This document shows, piece after piece, positions 40,040 to 51,333 of a stretch of DNA of 64,000 nucleotides (its first letter is position 1; each line of letters starts with the position of its first letter). The stretch lies in NCBI GenBank assembly GCA_010405405.1, contig MU004237.1:534191-598190 (forward strand), in the 5' to 3' direction. The stretch comes from Microthyrium microscopicum (Eukaryota). Below the pieces are notes generated by a model. The model was not told where the DNA came from. It did no database searches and saw only the letters and a list, made by a program, of their open reading frames with translations. The position numbers and the translations under genes were made by a program.

Positions 40040-41537
40040 ATGACGAAAGATTCGGACGTTCCACAACCCGGCCCGGCGCGATTAAGCAAGGGCGCAGGCC
40101 CGGATGAATGGCTAGAGCAAGCAAAGCAATGCAAATATCTCCCCGAGGCTGATATGAAGCGATTATGCGAAATTGTAAAGGAGTGCCTCATGGAAGGTTA
40201 GTAGCCGTCCACTTGGATCTGCGCATTGGTTTGATTTGTCATCTAATCACTTGCGGCTACAGAATCAAACATACAACCCGTACAAACACCCGTAACAATA
40301 TGCGGCGACATCCACGGCCAATTCTACGATCTTCTCGAACTCTTTCGCGTCGCTGGCGGCATGCCGGATAACCGGCCGCCGGTTGAACCCGTCAAGCCAA
40401 AGTCATCAGTCATAAACGCAGCAGATCTGGAACCACCGAGCACGATAACGGATCCCAAGGCCAGGCGGAAGATGAAGCGCCGATTTCAGAGCGATACAAA
40501 CTATACTGGTCCGTCACCAGGTGAAGATGAAGATGGCGAAGAGGTTGAAGACGAAGACGATGAAGAAGCCACACGAGGCAGAAGTCGTAGTATACAAAGC
40601 AAGAAGAGCACAGAGTCACAAAATAGCGATGATGTGGAAGTCGTAGGACCAGATGGCGTGTCATCTAGCGGTACGATTGGACGGCAGAACTATATATTCC
40701 TTGGCGATTTCGTGGATCGAGGATACTTCAGTTTAGAGACGTTCACACTATTGATGTGTCTCAAAGCAAAGTACGTCCGTCACGACTTTGATAAGTATTG
40801 ACAGCTAACATTTCATGCAGGTATCCGGAACGAGTAACACTAGTCCGCGGCAACCATGAATCGAGACAAATCACCCAAGTCTACGGGTTCTACGAAGAGT
40901 GTCAAACGAAGTACGGCAATGCATCTGTATGGAAAGCATGCTGTCAAGTTTTTGATTTCCTCACATTAGCTGCCGTAATCGACGGCAAAATTCTCTGTGT
41001 GCATGGCGGTCTCAGTCCAGAGATTCGTACACTCGACCAAATACGAGTGGTGGCGAGAGCACAAGAAATACCTCATGAGGGTGCTTTTTGCGACTTGGTG
41101 TGGAGTGATCCGGAAGATATTGACACTTGGAGCATATCACCCCGAGGCGCTGGCTGGCTTTTTGGAGAGAAGGTCGCGATGGAGGTAAGGTTCACCGTAC
41201 ACTCCACCGTCCTCGTTAGCTAACTATCCCAGTTCAACCATGTCAATGGCCTACAACTCATTGCTCGAGCTCATCAACTCGTCAACGAAGGATATAAAGT
41301 CAGTAGCGTCGAATCAGCCACATTCTACAATGCTAACGTATCCAGTACCACTTCAAAGATAAAGATGTCGTCACAGTCTGGTCCGCTCCAAACTACTGCT
41401 ACCGCTGCGGCAACGTCGCCTCCATCATGTCACTAGGAGAAGACCTCGACCCAAAATTCACAATCTTCTCCGCCGTTCCCGAGAATCGCCGCGCCGTTCC
41501 TCCAGGTCGCAACACGCGCGGTGACTACTTCTTGTAG
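40040..41537 (+). CDS. SIT4: PP6/Sit4 serine/threonine protein phosphatase catalytic subunit
   Basis: GPDEWLE...[87 protein letters not shown] and terminal GDYFL*. Four introns; closely matches the Sit4 sequence pattern. Confidence 0.95.
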
Positions 41538-42509
41538 CCCAGGAAACGTACCACTCCCGCCGCTCCCTCTGCTCCAGCGACCACCACACCGACCAGTTCG
41601 GGAACTCGTGGTGCAACTAGCAGCGCAGGCACTGGGTCGATCAACAAGATGCTTGGTGACTTATTTGGCGATCCTGCTGCTGCAGACGACAATGACGACA
41701 CGCCAGCAGCTGATGAGGACGCTTTCAGCCACGCCAAATCCAACTCTTCGCCCTTCATATTCTCACCCGGGAGCCACTTCCTTTAATTACCAAGTAACCG
41801 CGACGGATTCTCAGTCATCAAGCACCCAGGCGTCGAGCTTCCTAGTCGTTGGTCCTTGTCCGGTGGGCTTTAGCCGTTGGGATTCCGTAGCTGTAAATGA
41901 TTTTGTTCTCCAAGACTTTGTACATTACTTCTTCCATTCACGACGCAATAACATGTACTAGTGTGTGGCTTAATTTGCGCGGACTTATTCATGATTGTTG
42001 CATATGATGGCTCATGGGTTTAGAACTTGTTGTGTGTTCTCATGGCAAGCATGATTAGTATGATTGCTATAGAATGATTACCTTTTGACTACACTTTGTT
42101 CTGTGCCTGGAGCTTCTCACTTTCCACTAATCATGTAATAGGATAAGCGTGTAAACTATGTACTCTATGTTAGTAGTGACTGTGTGATTCAGAGTCTGCA
42201 AGTCAGGAGCTCACCATGGCGCCGTCCTAGATTTGCAGGTCTTGAACTTTATATCGCATTTTCGAAAAAAGATATCAGCCACTCAACCTCAATTGCAACG
42301 CTTGTAACATCAATCAATCGAAGGAATCAAAGGTGAAGAACCACCCGGCACTTTTTTAATCGAAAAAGAGCCAGCATCGACATATAAACCAGCAATAAGA
42401 CTATATCTCCACAACCACCGCCTAGAAACTTTTACCAAAAAAACGACAGCCGTTTTTCAGGCATTCTTTAACCCTGAAACAATAAAAATTCCTAAAAAGG
42501 AAAATGCAA

Positions 42510-42766
42510 AAAAGAAGTCGCCCATCAAAACTCCAACCACAGTACCACAACCAAGACTGTATTCCAATACCGCCACCCCACAGCAAAAGACTCTCTGCTC
42601 GATTACTCGACTGAAGTGTATCTTTCAGTGCTTAGGGACGCCTTGCATCGTGGGTTGCCCACACGAGAAGGCTGTCCTTTGCAGGGTTCGAACCGGGCAA
42701 TCATTGGTCGAAAGATTGGTAATGAAATTGAATGGAGAAAAGCTCCTTCAAAACCATGACAGCAAG
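42510..42766 (-). ncRNA. Signal recognition particle RNA (7SL/SCR1-like, Pol III)
   Basis: Minus strand begins with a fungal Alu-like GCUGUCAUGG, has an internal B box GGTTCGAACC (42685-42694), a helix-6 stem with GCAA tetraloop (CGUGUGG-GCAA-CCCACG) and the helix-8 SRP54 motif CAGU-CGA-GUAA-UCG-AGCAG, and ends at a T6 run (42508-42513). ~255 nt, with a TATA-like element ~28 nt upstream. Confidence 0.88.
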
Positions 42767-42898
42767 CATTAAATTTCCGGACTTTTGAAAATATACTAGC
42801 TTTGTAAAAGCGTTTGCAATATTGGGAGATACTTCACCTTGCCTTGCTTGCTTGTTATTTTGTCTTTCTTTGGTTCTACATTATCTTTAATAGCGATT

Positions 42899-43797
42899 AT
42901 GTTTACTTCTCTTTCGCGTTTTGTCAATAATGCTGGTTTGTTCCACCCGTTCTTATCTTCTCCTCCAAATTAACGCGTCCCATAGCTGGTCTTGAGAAGA
43001 CGCTGCGAATTGCTCAATCTCTCCTTTTGATCAACGTCAGTCTATCACTAGCCGCCACAGGCAAATCATCATGGTCTTTAGCACTTTCACATATCGCCGT
43101 TTGTAAGCTGCGCCTTGTCCCGCATTGCCTGTCTCCCGCTAAATCTTTGCAGCGCGTCGCTTTTTCCGCCTACTGCGATGGGTTGACTGCTGGGCCAATG
43201 CGGAAGCAACTTTCAATGATCAGAAGTCAAATACTTTGCACAGGGTGGTGGCGACAGCGAAATGGAGTCTGCTGGGCATTTATTTCTTCCTTGAGATGTT
43301 CGCCATCGTAAGTAGCACGCGTCTCAGTTGACGGCCAAAGCTAAAGTAAGCGCAAGACGAATGTCTTAGGCGCTACCACCTATTCCTGGGGTCGCCCGTT
43401 GGAAATCGAAGCAAATAAGTTCTGGGTCTATGGTCTCGGCGCGTCAATTATTCTGTCGCTGGTCGATCTAGCTACTCTGCCCAGCGCGCCAGTACCTAAC
43501 AAAGAGACTGTTCAGGCACTCAACGAAAAGGGTGATAAGAATAAGACCACTGTACCGGAGAAAAAGGAGATAAGCGCTTCACCGGGCACAAATTCCCAGA
43601 ACCTCATGAAACAGCTGGTAATTGACACTTGCGATCTTGCGACTCCTGGTACTTTGATCGGCTGGATTCAGATAGATCGAGCGTATGTGGGAGCTGCCAT
43701 GTTCGTCAGTTCTTTGCTGGCTGCTACGGATATCTGGAGAAATGTCCAAGCTGCTAGTGTTCCACAGCGAGCACTTGCCACGAAAGGAAAGAAATGA
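42899..43797 (+). CDS. PEX11: Peroxin-11 family protein (Pex11B-like)
   Basis: Spliced product MFTSLSRFVNNAAGLEKTLRIAQ...SRRFFRLLRWVDCW...KWSLLGIYFFLEM...EANKFWVYGL...KQLVIDTCDLATPGTLIGWI; three GT..AG introns. Confidence 0.82.
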
Positions 43798-43993
43798 GCC
43801 AGATCTTCGAGTTTGACAGGTAGTACCATGTTGATGTAAAGCTCGATTTGCATATGCTATTGTTATCTAACCAAAGTTCTATCAAGTCAATTTCACATCT
43901 GTATATACATATGAATTGTAATGGAGGAACGCCCTGAAAGACGTGTCACACCAATAAGTCCTGACGGTCATCCATCGAAAAGAGAAAATGTCC

Positions 43994-44307
43994 CTAAAGG
44001 AGCTGATCTGCTAGCAATGTCAACCAGTATTAGTGGATTAGTACATACACGCCCATAAAAATAACAAAAAGACTATCAACTCCGCGAGCGTAAAGTGCCA
44101 CGCCAGTCTCATCCGCCAGATGTTGTCTCCCGGTGCCAAAGGAACTACTAACGCCTCAATGAAAATATGCGCGGCCCAGATGACAAGGAGACACCCCCAA
44201 AAGTGGCACATGTTTGAAGAGAAAGAGCTATGCTCAGCATTCTCTGAGCTGAATGACCGAGGGTTGTTTTGTGTGGCATTGAAGTTGAACTCAAATCTCC
44301 CTACCAT
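43994..44307 (-). CDS. Small two-TM protein, family member A
   Basis: ACACAATG start; MVGRFEFNF...HSSF followed by two hydrophobic segments. Probable 41-nt intron at 44008-44048 (GTATGT..TTGAC..CAG). Confidence 0.55.
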
Positions 44308-44898
44308 TGTGTTTAGAGAATTTTCTTGTAGGTTGATATTACGATGGCAAAGAGGAATATGCTTAATATGCGGAACCAGTGTTGATATGGCTTTACAGCC
44401 TGTGGTCTAGGTAGTGTTTTGATCATAAACCAAGAGCGTCACAACGCGGAGTAAAGATGTTGCTGTAATGATACTACGGCAGTGATACGCTGGCAGTCTA
44501 CAATTAGCACAGTGATTTTCTACTATCATATGAGCAGTTGGTTCGTTGTTCGACGCAAGAGGGAGATTCTTAAGACTTCTCCATCTTGCAAGGTCACAGG
44601 GTACGCTTGCGGTCATGTTACGATGTCAAGTTAAAGATCATAATTAGGTAGTGATATGAAGGATGGCCATATACTGTAGTATCTAATTCTTTGTCTTTTC
44701 AATTCTAGGAGCATTACAACTTGACGGCCAAATTTTCAACATACTAAACGTTCGAATGAGCTGATCTGAGTACAGCTTAAGAAGTGCGCTCTTCGTCAAG
44801 GCGAAGTACACGTACTTTCAGTCCCAAGCTATTCAGCTCTACTACCGTAAGTTCATCACCCGCCATCATCATTAAAGCATTATGATGAGTGAGTAAAA

Positions 44899-45204
44899 TC
44901 ATATTAAGGCAGACAGTATACATAGAGCAAAGATGCAAATATTGTCATGATTATCGGGAGCCATAGTCACAAAAATCCAACCTAACGCAAGCTGTACCAT
45001 CATGGCGAGGATCATAGTTGCGCTTCCAGCAATTGCAATCATCATGACTGCCTCCAAGAGGTATCGACTAGTGATTTTCTGGCGCATGAGATATAGAGTA
45101 GCTAGCTTACGGCGCAAGAAAGAGGTATGGGCCATGTGTTCTTGGTCAGATGGCGAAGACTTGCCATTTACAGCTTGTTCATTAGGGGTGAATTTACCGC
45201 CCAT
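44899..45204 (-). CDS. Small two-TM protein, family member B
   Basis: MGGKFTPN...HTSFL followed by hydrophobic segments; TATA-like TATATAG ~190 bp upstream; resembles members A and C. Confidence 0.5.
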   Translation of the reverse strand: MGGKFTPNEQAVNGKSSPSDQEHMAHTSFLRRKLATLYLMRQKITSRYLLEAVMMIAIAGSATMILAMMVQLALGWIFVTMAPDNHDNICIFALCILSALI

Positions 45205-45867
45205 AATTCAGAGGAGTTCACAACTTGCCGTTGCTTGTTGGGTGCCAACAACAAGCGCGCTGATTATGAGGAGGGCAGGGCAGTAGGACTCCGCATAACC
45301 TGTAGGAAGGAAGTTTTATCTCCGCCGGTATGAATAACTTAATGATTTAGGGAAGATACATTGATGCCTTCACATGCTCGTGGCCCTCACTGCTATATAT
45401 CAAGCGAAAGGAAAGCTCTGTCGGTTATTCTTGCTCAAGATATCCTTAACGTAGAGATATCACAACTGTGAATCATATTAAAAAACAAGTAGTGTTATCC
45501 GGTGGACAAAATGATTTTGTGCTCCTTTCTGCTCTGCTGGCTCGCAACGAGCAGTGATTCGCAACGTGTTATATTTCATTTGAACATAACAATATTTCCA
45601 AGTTTGAACGCCCTTTATGCTAAACAAAGCACTTGATAATAGAGCCTTGTCTAAGGGAGCCATCACAACCAATGCGGACGGTTTAACTGTTTTGTCTGTT
45701 CTTTAGGTATCATCATATCATGTTTACAAGCTCTTCATTGCCAAGTGGACATCTTGAGCCATGTATAGTATGTGCAGATCAACAAAATGGTATGTAAGTG
45801 CTATCTTTGATGAATTCTTTTGATATGCACCATAAGTGATCTTCATTATGGGGTTTGTCTGACGATG

Positions 45868-46710
45868 CTAAAGACTGCATAGTTTTTCAATAAGGTCTTC
45901 TTCACCCGGACCACACACTGTCAGCAGATGTCCCCTGTTGCAAGGCAGCTTTTGATGCCACCATCCCGGTTCAATGTTTACCGTCACATTCGACAGCCCG
46001 TAAGCCGTTAAAAGCTTACAGAGTTGCCGTAACAGGCGTTGCTGTCTGGACGAACCAAAAAACCACCATGAGGGAGGACGTGTTAGTTCGTCGAACCAAT
46101 GATCGCCACCTAGGGGCTCCCACGATGCGTTGAAGTTGAAAGTGATATTCAATCGTTGCAAATTGAAGTTCTTGCAGATGAGGTGCAAGAGAGCGCAGAG
46201 ACGTTCCCAATCATCCGTTGGCTCGCTGTGATTTCTGCTTGGAAAATCACTGCTCTCATAGTCCACGCAGATATTTCTTACCAGGTACAATCGCTCTTTG
46301 GGGACCGATTTAAGTTCGCGGAGAACTTCAAAAGCAGAACCAGATAACCTGAAGAGATTTTGTCGGTAATATATCTGCAAGGCCTGCTCACGAATGCTGC
46401 TGTCTACTGCGAATAGAGCTGAGCTATGAAGAGGATTGTATATACAGCTGCTCGAGTGTTTGAGAGAGGTGGTCATGCAATAACAGCCGCTGTCAGGACA
46501 CTCGGGACAATCGGGACGGTTCAGGGATTTTGTTGCTCCACATTGTCTATCACAGGTAGAGAGAGCTTTGAAGTTTCCGGAGATTGGAATCCCGGGGCTT
46601 GCTGGTCTAGAGTCAGCAACAAGCTCTGTTTGAACAAGAATCATGGACTGAATCTCAAACGGCAGTCGTGTAAATGCAAAGAAACTCTTCGGTCCGGCAA
46701 CTGAAGTCAT
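45868..46710 (-). CDS. F-box-like hypothetical protein with Cys/His-rich insert
   Basis: 280-aa ORF with N-terminal FxxLPxEIxxMIL motif, C/H cluster CDRQC...CPECPDSGCYC...HSSSC, and LFAV...IREQALQIYYRQNLF, typical of fungal F-box-like orphan families. Confidence 0.75.
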   Translation of the reverse strand: MTSVAGPKSFFAFTRLPFEIQSMILVQTELVADSRPASPGIPISGNFKALSTCDRQCGATKSLNRPDCPECPDSGCYCMTTSLKHSSSCIYNPLHSSALFAVDSSIREQALQIYYRQNLFRLSGSAFEVLRELKSVPKERLYLVRNICVDYESSDFPSRNHSEPTDDWERLCALLHLICKNFNLQRLNITFNFNASWEPLGGDHWFDELTRPPSWWFFGSSRQQRLLRQLCKLLTAYGLSNVTVNIEPGWWHQKLPCNRGHLLTVCGPGEEDLIEKLCSL

Positions 46711-47363
46711 CGTATGGCTGTGAAAGCTCAGAAGACTTCGTGCTAGACCTCGATACGTATTGACGAGGCGAAAAGATGAGATGGAAACAGTGTAAAATTG
46801 GGTGTGTCCGCGAGAAATAGTGGTGGCTGATAGGAAGGTGAGCGATATTTCGGTGCTGTAACAAGCCTGTAGTGAGGAGCGAGAAGCCTTTTATGCTGTT
46901 ACAGCTCGGAATATCTGGGAGACTTAGGTATATCTAACCATGGCAGAGTATGCGCTAGTGTACCAGTTTATACAAATTTTTCTCCTTGCGCTAAGAGTTG
47001 ATATAGTAGCCTTTATATGTAAATCCAACTCTGTCCATAGTTTCCCTCGCGTGTACTTGCTGAAAGTCATCTTCTGAGGTTGTCAACTACGAGACAAAAT
47101 GGATTCGATGGCTTGAATTAACTCTGTGGCTCCCAGTGGCACACTTTATTATGGTGACCTTTATTCCTTAGAGACGATGTCAAGATACTGACCTTTTCTC
47201 AATTACAAAGGGAGGTATAACATGTATTATCTACCATCATTAGTGTTAGCCATACTGTTGGTAAATTCGTGTCATCTATTTGAACCGTCATTCGGAGGGC
47301 TGCGGGTAAGTGCATGAAGATTTAATCTGAGATTGATATACATCTCAGTAGCATTGGAGACTA

Positions 47364-47658
47364 TCAGTCCATCAAGAGGAGATAAGGCCCTGCAAGATAT
47401 GGTCAGCGACGATTCATCATGAGCGTGAGCCTTCCGCATACATGCCACTACCAGGATTATGAAGAATATGTAGTCCTCGTCTCGAATGTGCCACTGCATT
47501 TCTCGCTCTACCCAGCCAGCGAAGAGCACAAACATAGCGTAAGCAGCGCACATCATAAGAAACGCACCCAGAGAGGCGAATGTGTTTGAAAGGAGAGGGC
47601 TATGATCGAAATCCGCTGTGTGGCCAGTGGTGAAATTCATGGAGTATTTTCCGGCCAT
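47364..47658 (-). CDS. Small two-TM protein, family member C
   Basis: MAGKYSMNF...HSPLL and two hydrophobic segments. A clear 52-nt intron at 47390-47441 (GTATGC..GCTGAC..TTGCAG) gives the C-terminus WPYLLLMD*. Confidence 0.6.
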
Positions 47659-48746
47659 CGTTTGAATACTTACCCGGAAGCTGCTTGATTTGTGGCAGAA
47701 TTGTCGGTGTTCGGCGAAAGAAATGCAATTAGCGTAATTATATGTTGACAAGATTTTGAGTTCTGCAGTGTAGAGCGAATTCCCCATGGTCCTATAGGAT
47801 TAGAAGATCAGGTAGTTGTGTATTAGTGCATATTCCTACGGCGACAGTCACTAGCATACATTAGCTAGAATAACTGTGCCTAGCAATTCTGTTTCGTCAG
47901 ATGAATGTTTGTTGTAACATTAAAGAAGCAACTATATAGTAATATGCCATGGAATTAACATGAGGTTGGTTTTGTTAGATTTCATCACTACCGCTGTAGA
48001 GGCTCGGTATGTACCGGTTTTCAAATCATTTCTCTCCTTACCTATAGTAAATGTATCCTGTCATGAAGTCTTCATTCGCTGCTGAACTTAGGCACGTTGT
48101 GCTGAATCGTTCGCAAGCACAGGTGAAGGTCTGCGCGAATGCCCTTATACTTGATACGCCACATATTTGATTACATGGCGTGTAAGATTCACCATCAAGT
48201 CTTTGAAGACTTTTCAGAGTGCTTAGATCTAGATTACTACGAAGGCCTGAGCACAATATTTCCAAGCCAACTGATGGACAAAATCACCGGCCTGCCCTTT
48301 ATTAACTTCAATGGCTCCCACCATCGCTACTGATCAAGAGGTGCTGTAATTCTATGGCATTCGATACATTGTGGTAGCCTGAACGCTATTTATGGCGTTT
48401 GACGCACTCGATAATAGAGCGTGCTATGCGGGAGCCATCGAAGTGGATGGAGGCACGCCAATTATTCTGTTTATCGGTTGCAAGGCTGAGGAGACGAATA
48501 AGGCTGTGCTACGCCAGAAAGGGGCTAGCGTGATGTGCCTTATTCTACAGCGCTAGTGAAATCATCGCTGCACGCAGGGCTGCGAATACTTTCTGTCGAT
48601 CAGTAACTCGCGTTATCCTGCTCATCGTAAATAACGTCCTTCCAACTAGTATTCAAAGCCAGCATAAACATATCCGTCGGAGCTCGCAATTCTATAGATT
48701 TAATCGGCAGTCAAATCGGCGTGCCTTCCAAAAGTCTGACGAGGCG

Positions 48747-51226
48747 ATGGACTCTGGAGTGCTGGGAGATCTCTGTAGTGTCTGGTTTGTCGCGCTGTAA
48801 CCTATCAAAACATATCAAAATAGCTGACTTGATGCAGTCATACCGAGCAACCAAAGTATCGTTGTCCAAGATGCTCAACTCGTACTTGTAGCCTGGAATG
48901 TTCTCAGCGCCATAAGAAACGAGCGCCATGCTCTGGCGTTCGAGATCCAACGGCATTCATCAAAAAGTCTGATCTAGCCACGCCCCAGGGAGTGGATCAC
49001 GACTACAACTTTATAAGTGGCTTGGAGCGCAATCTTGAAAAGTACGATCTTCGCAAAATTCAGCCCAGATATGGGTACGGGCAACCAGACCAGAAAGCCA
49101 GACGCGAGCAAGCGAAAGTTAACAAGACGAATCATGAGAGGAAGAAATTCCTAGACGCTAGTAGATCATCGGGAGTAAAGTTACTGCGCGCTCCAGCAGG
49201 AATGCAACGCGCGCTAGATAATAGTTCCAGGGTGCTGAAAAGGTAAACTTCGCGACGTTGAAATTGCCATTAGAGCATCTTGCTAACCGATATCAGAGAC
49301 ACTAGATCTTCTGTAATTGTGTGGACAGTTGAGTGGCTCTATGAAGATGGGTCGAGACGCTTGAGAGGCTGTTATTCCAATGATCCACTGCATATCGCCT
49401 TCCAGGCGGCTGCAGAGGACTTAGCCTTGGTCGAACCTATATGGAACAAGCGTAAACGATTCCACCTTTCGACGGAAGCCGACGTTGCGCCGTCTGCGAA
49501 GAGGCCGTCTCTTGCAAAAACATCAGACCAAAACCATGTTCCAGTACTCAACGCAGGCTCGCCCATTGTCGATAAGGTGGGAAAAGGATTGGTTGGCCTG
49601 ATTGACTATCCGAGCTCTGATTCAGAATCACAACGAGATAATATCATGCCATCAAAAGAATTTAACACCACTGCCGACGGCGACACTTTAAGGATTTCTG
49701 ATACCAAGAGGCAAAGCGACATGGACGCTGATTTGAAGGACCAGACGGCTAACTACGTCCCGGAGATAGAGACGTCTCATTTTGAGCCGGGCACTATATC
49801 ACTCAGAGCAGATCCTACTGGTATAGATGTAGGACTAAAGAAAGCAAAGATCGGCAGGACAGAAGATATACAACTGACTGCAGTCTTTATTGCTGGTGTG
49901 AGCGATATACCGGGAGAACAAGGAACTACTTCTTTGCTGGCCAATACAATTGCGAACCAGCAACAAGCGGAGGACGCGAACAACTCCCAAGCTGTACAAA
50001 GCGAGACACCCAATATCCCGAATACACTACCACCTATCACAAAAATACTGAAAATCACCGCAAGCAACGCTATCATTGACACAGATAGTATAGCAGCCGT
50101 GAATGCTGAGATTGAGATGTCAGAAGCGACTGAAAACTCGCCGCAGGCCGCCTTGACACCGTTTGAACATATTTCGGACCGCAAGATGCTGGAAGCGGAG
50201 CAGGCAACTGGGGCCACCGATGTCAGTATGGACTTTGTTCAAGCAACTATGCTTCTACCGGAGACTAGCGTAGAGCCGAACAACAATGAACCTGAACCGG
50301 TAGGGACTGTGACAGAGGACCTCATGGAGACCTCAGATGAAGTCTTCAGGACTAAGCTGGATCCTTTAGAGGTCGATAATGAGATGCTAGATGGTGACAA
50401 CGAGAACTCTGGTCTCAAATCCCATCCTGTGGAGAACGTTGTGGATAGCCTCGTCCACATCTCAGAAGAACCAAAGCATGAAGCCGACAAATCGGAAACT
50501 GAGCCTGAGGTCGTCTCAGCAGATATCGAGATTGAAGGAGAAGGACCTACAGAAATGCCTAGTGGTATGCCAAATACATCCACTGTTGCTCAGGAATTAC
50601 TGCAATCGGCTACAAGTGCATCGAGGATCGAAAGCGAGATCGATTCGGCCACATTAGTGGCGAAAAGAAACGCATTGAAGACGAGAGCTGACGAAGAAAG
50701 CCTTCTAGCGATGGAGGGTGACGCAAATTTGCCAGTCGGAACGCCTGGCACATTAAGGCTCTCCGTAGATACACCCAAGGTACCCACAAAGCCTTCAACC
50801 GACATCGCAGAGGACTCCGCCCAACTAAAGCCAGAGCCACAAGAACAAAAGGCCCGGCATGCAAATCTCATTGCGCATTACCAGTTTTACCTCCTCAAAC
50901 CACGGACTAGCAGCAAAAAGAAAGTCCTGATTCCAGTCAACCCCAAGAGAACAATCCAGGAGATTCTCAAAGGTAAAGCAGTCCTAGAGTTTCCGACATT
51001 CCACATCTTCCAAAAGCCTCTTGACCAACTGCCGGATGAATTCATTCTGGAGAAGGATTATTTTGTTGAGCTTGCAAAGCAGGAGGAGGAAATGCATGCT
51101 TTAATCTCGTCGATGGATTTGCCTGATCTTAACGCGATCAGCGCAACTGCTGGAGCGAAGTCACGCGAGGTTGTGAATCCGGATGATATTATTGCGCAGC
51201 TGCGACGAGATGTACAGGGCACATGA
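48747..51226 (+). CDS. BCD1: Box C/D snoRNP assembly factor Bcd1 (zf-HIT) with very long acidic insert
   Basis: Spliced N-terminus LCSVCHTEQPKYRCPRCSTRTCSLECSQRHK...CSGVRDPT...DHDYNFISGLER; PAGMQR...WTVEW; C-terminal FYLLKP...LKGKAVLEFPTFHI. Confidence 0.88.
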
Positions 51227-51333
51227 GAAACATGATCGATATCGTTTTGAATACTCAATACTGCTGTAGTATAAACACTTGTATAAATAACGGAACACTA
51301 AAGCGACATCGACTTCGATATCCCGATCGCTAT

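Noticed and set aside
42660..42720. GGTTCGAACC suggesting a tRNA T-arm
   Set aside because: No cloverleaf can be folded; better explained as the internal B box of the SRP RNA gene.
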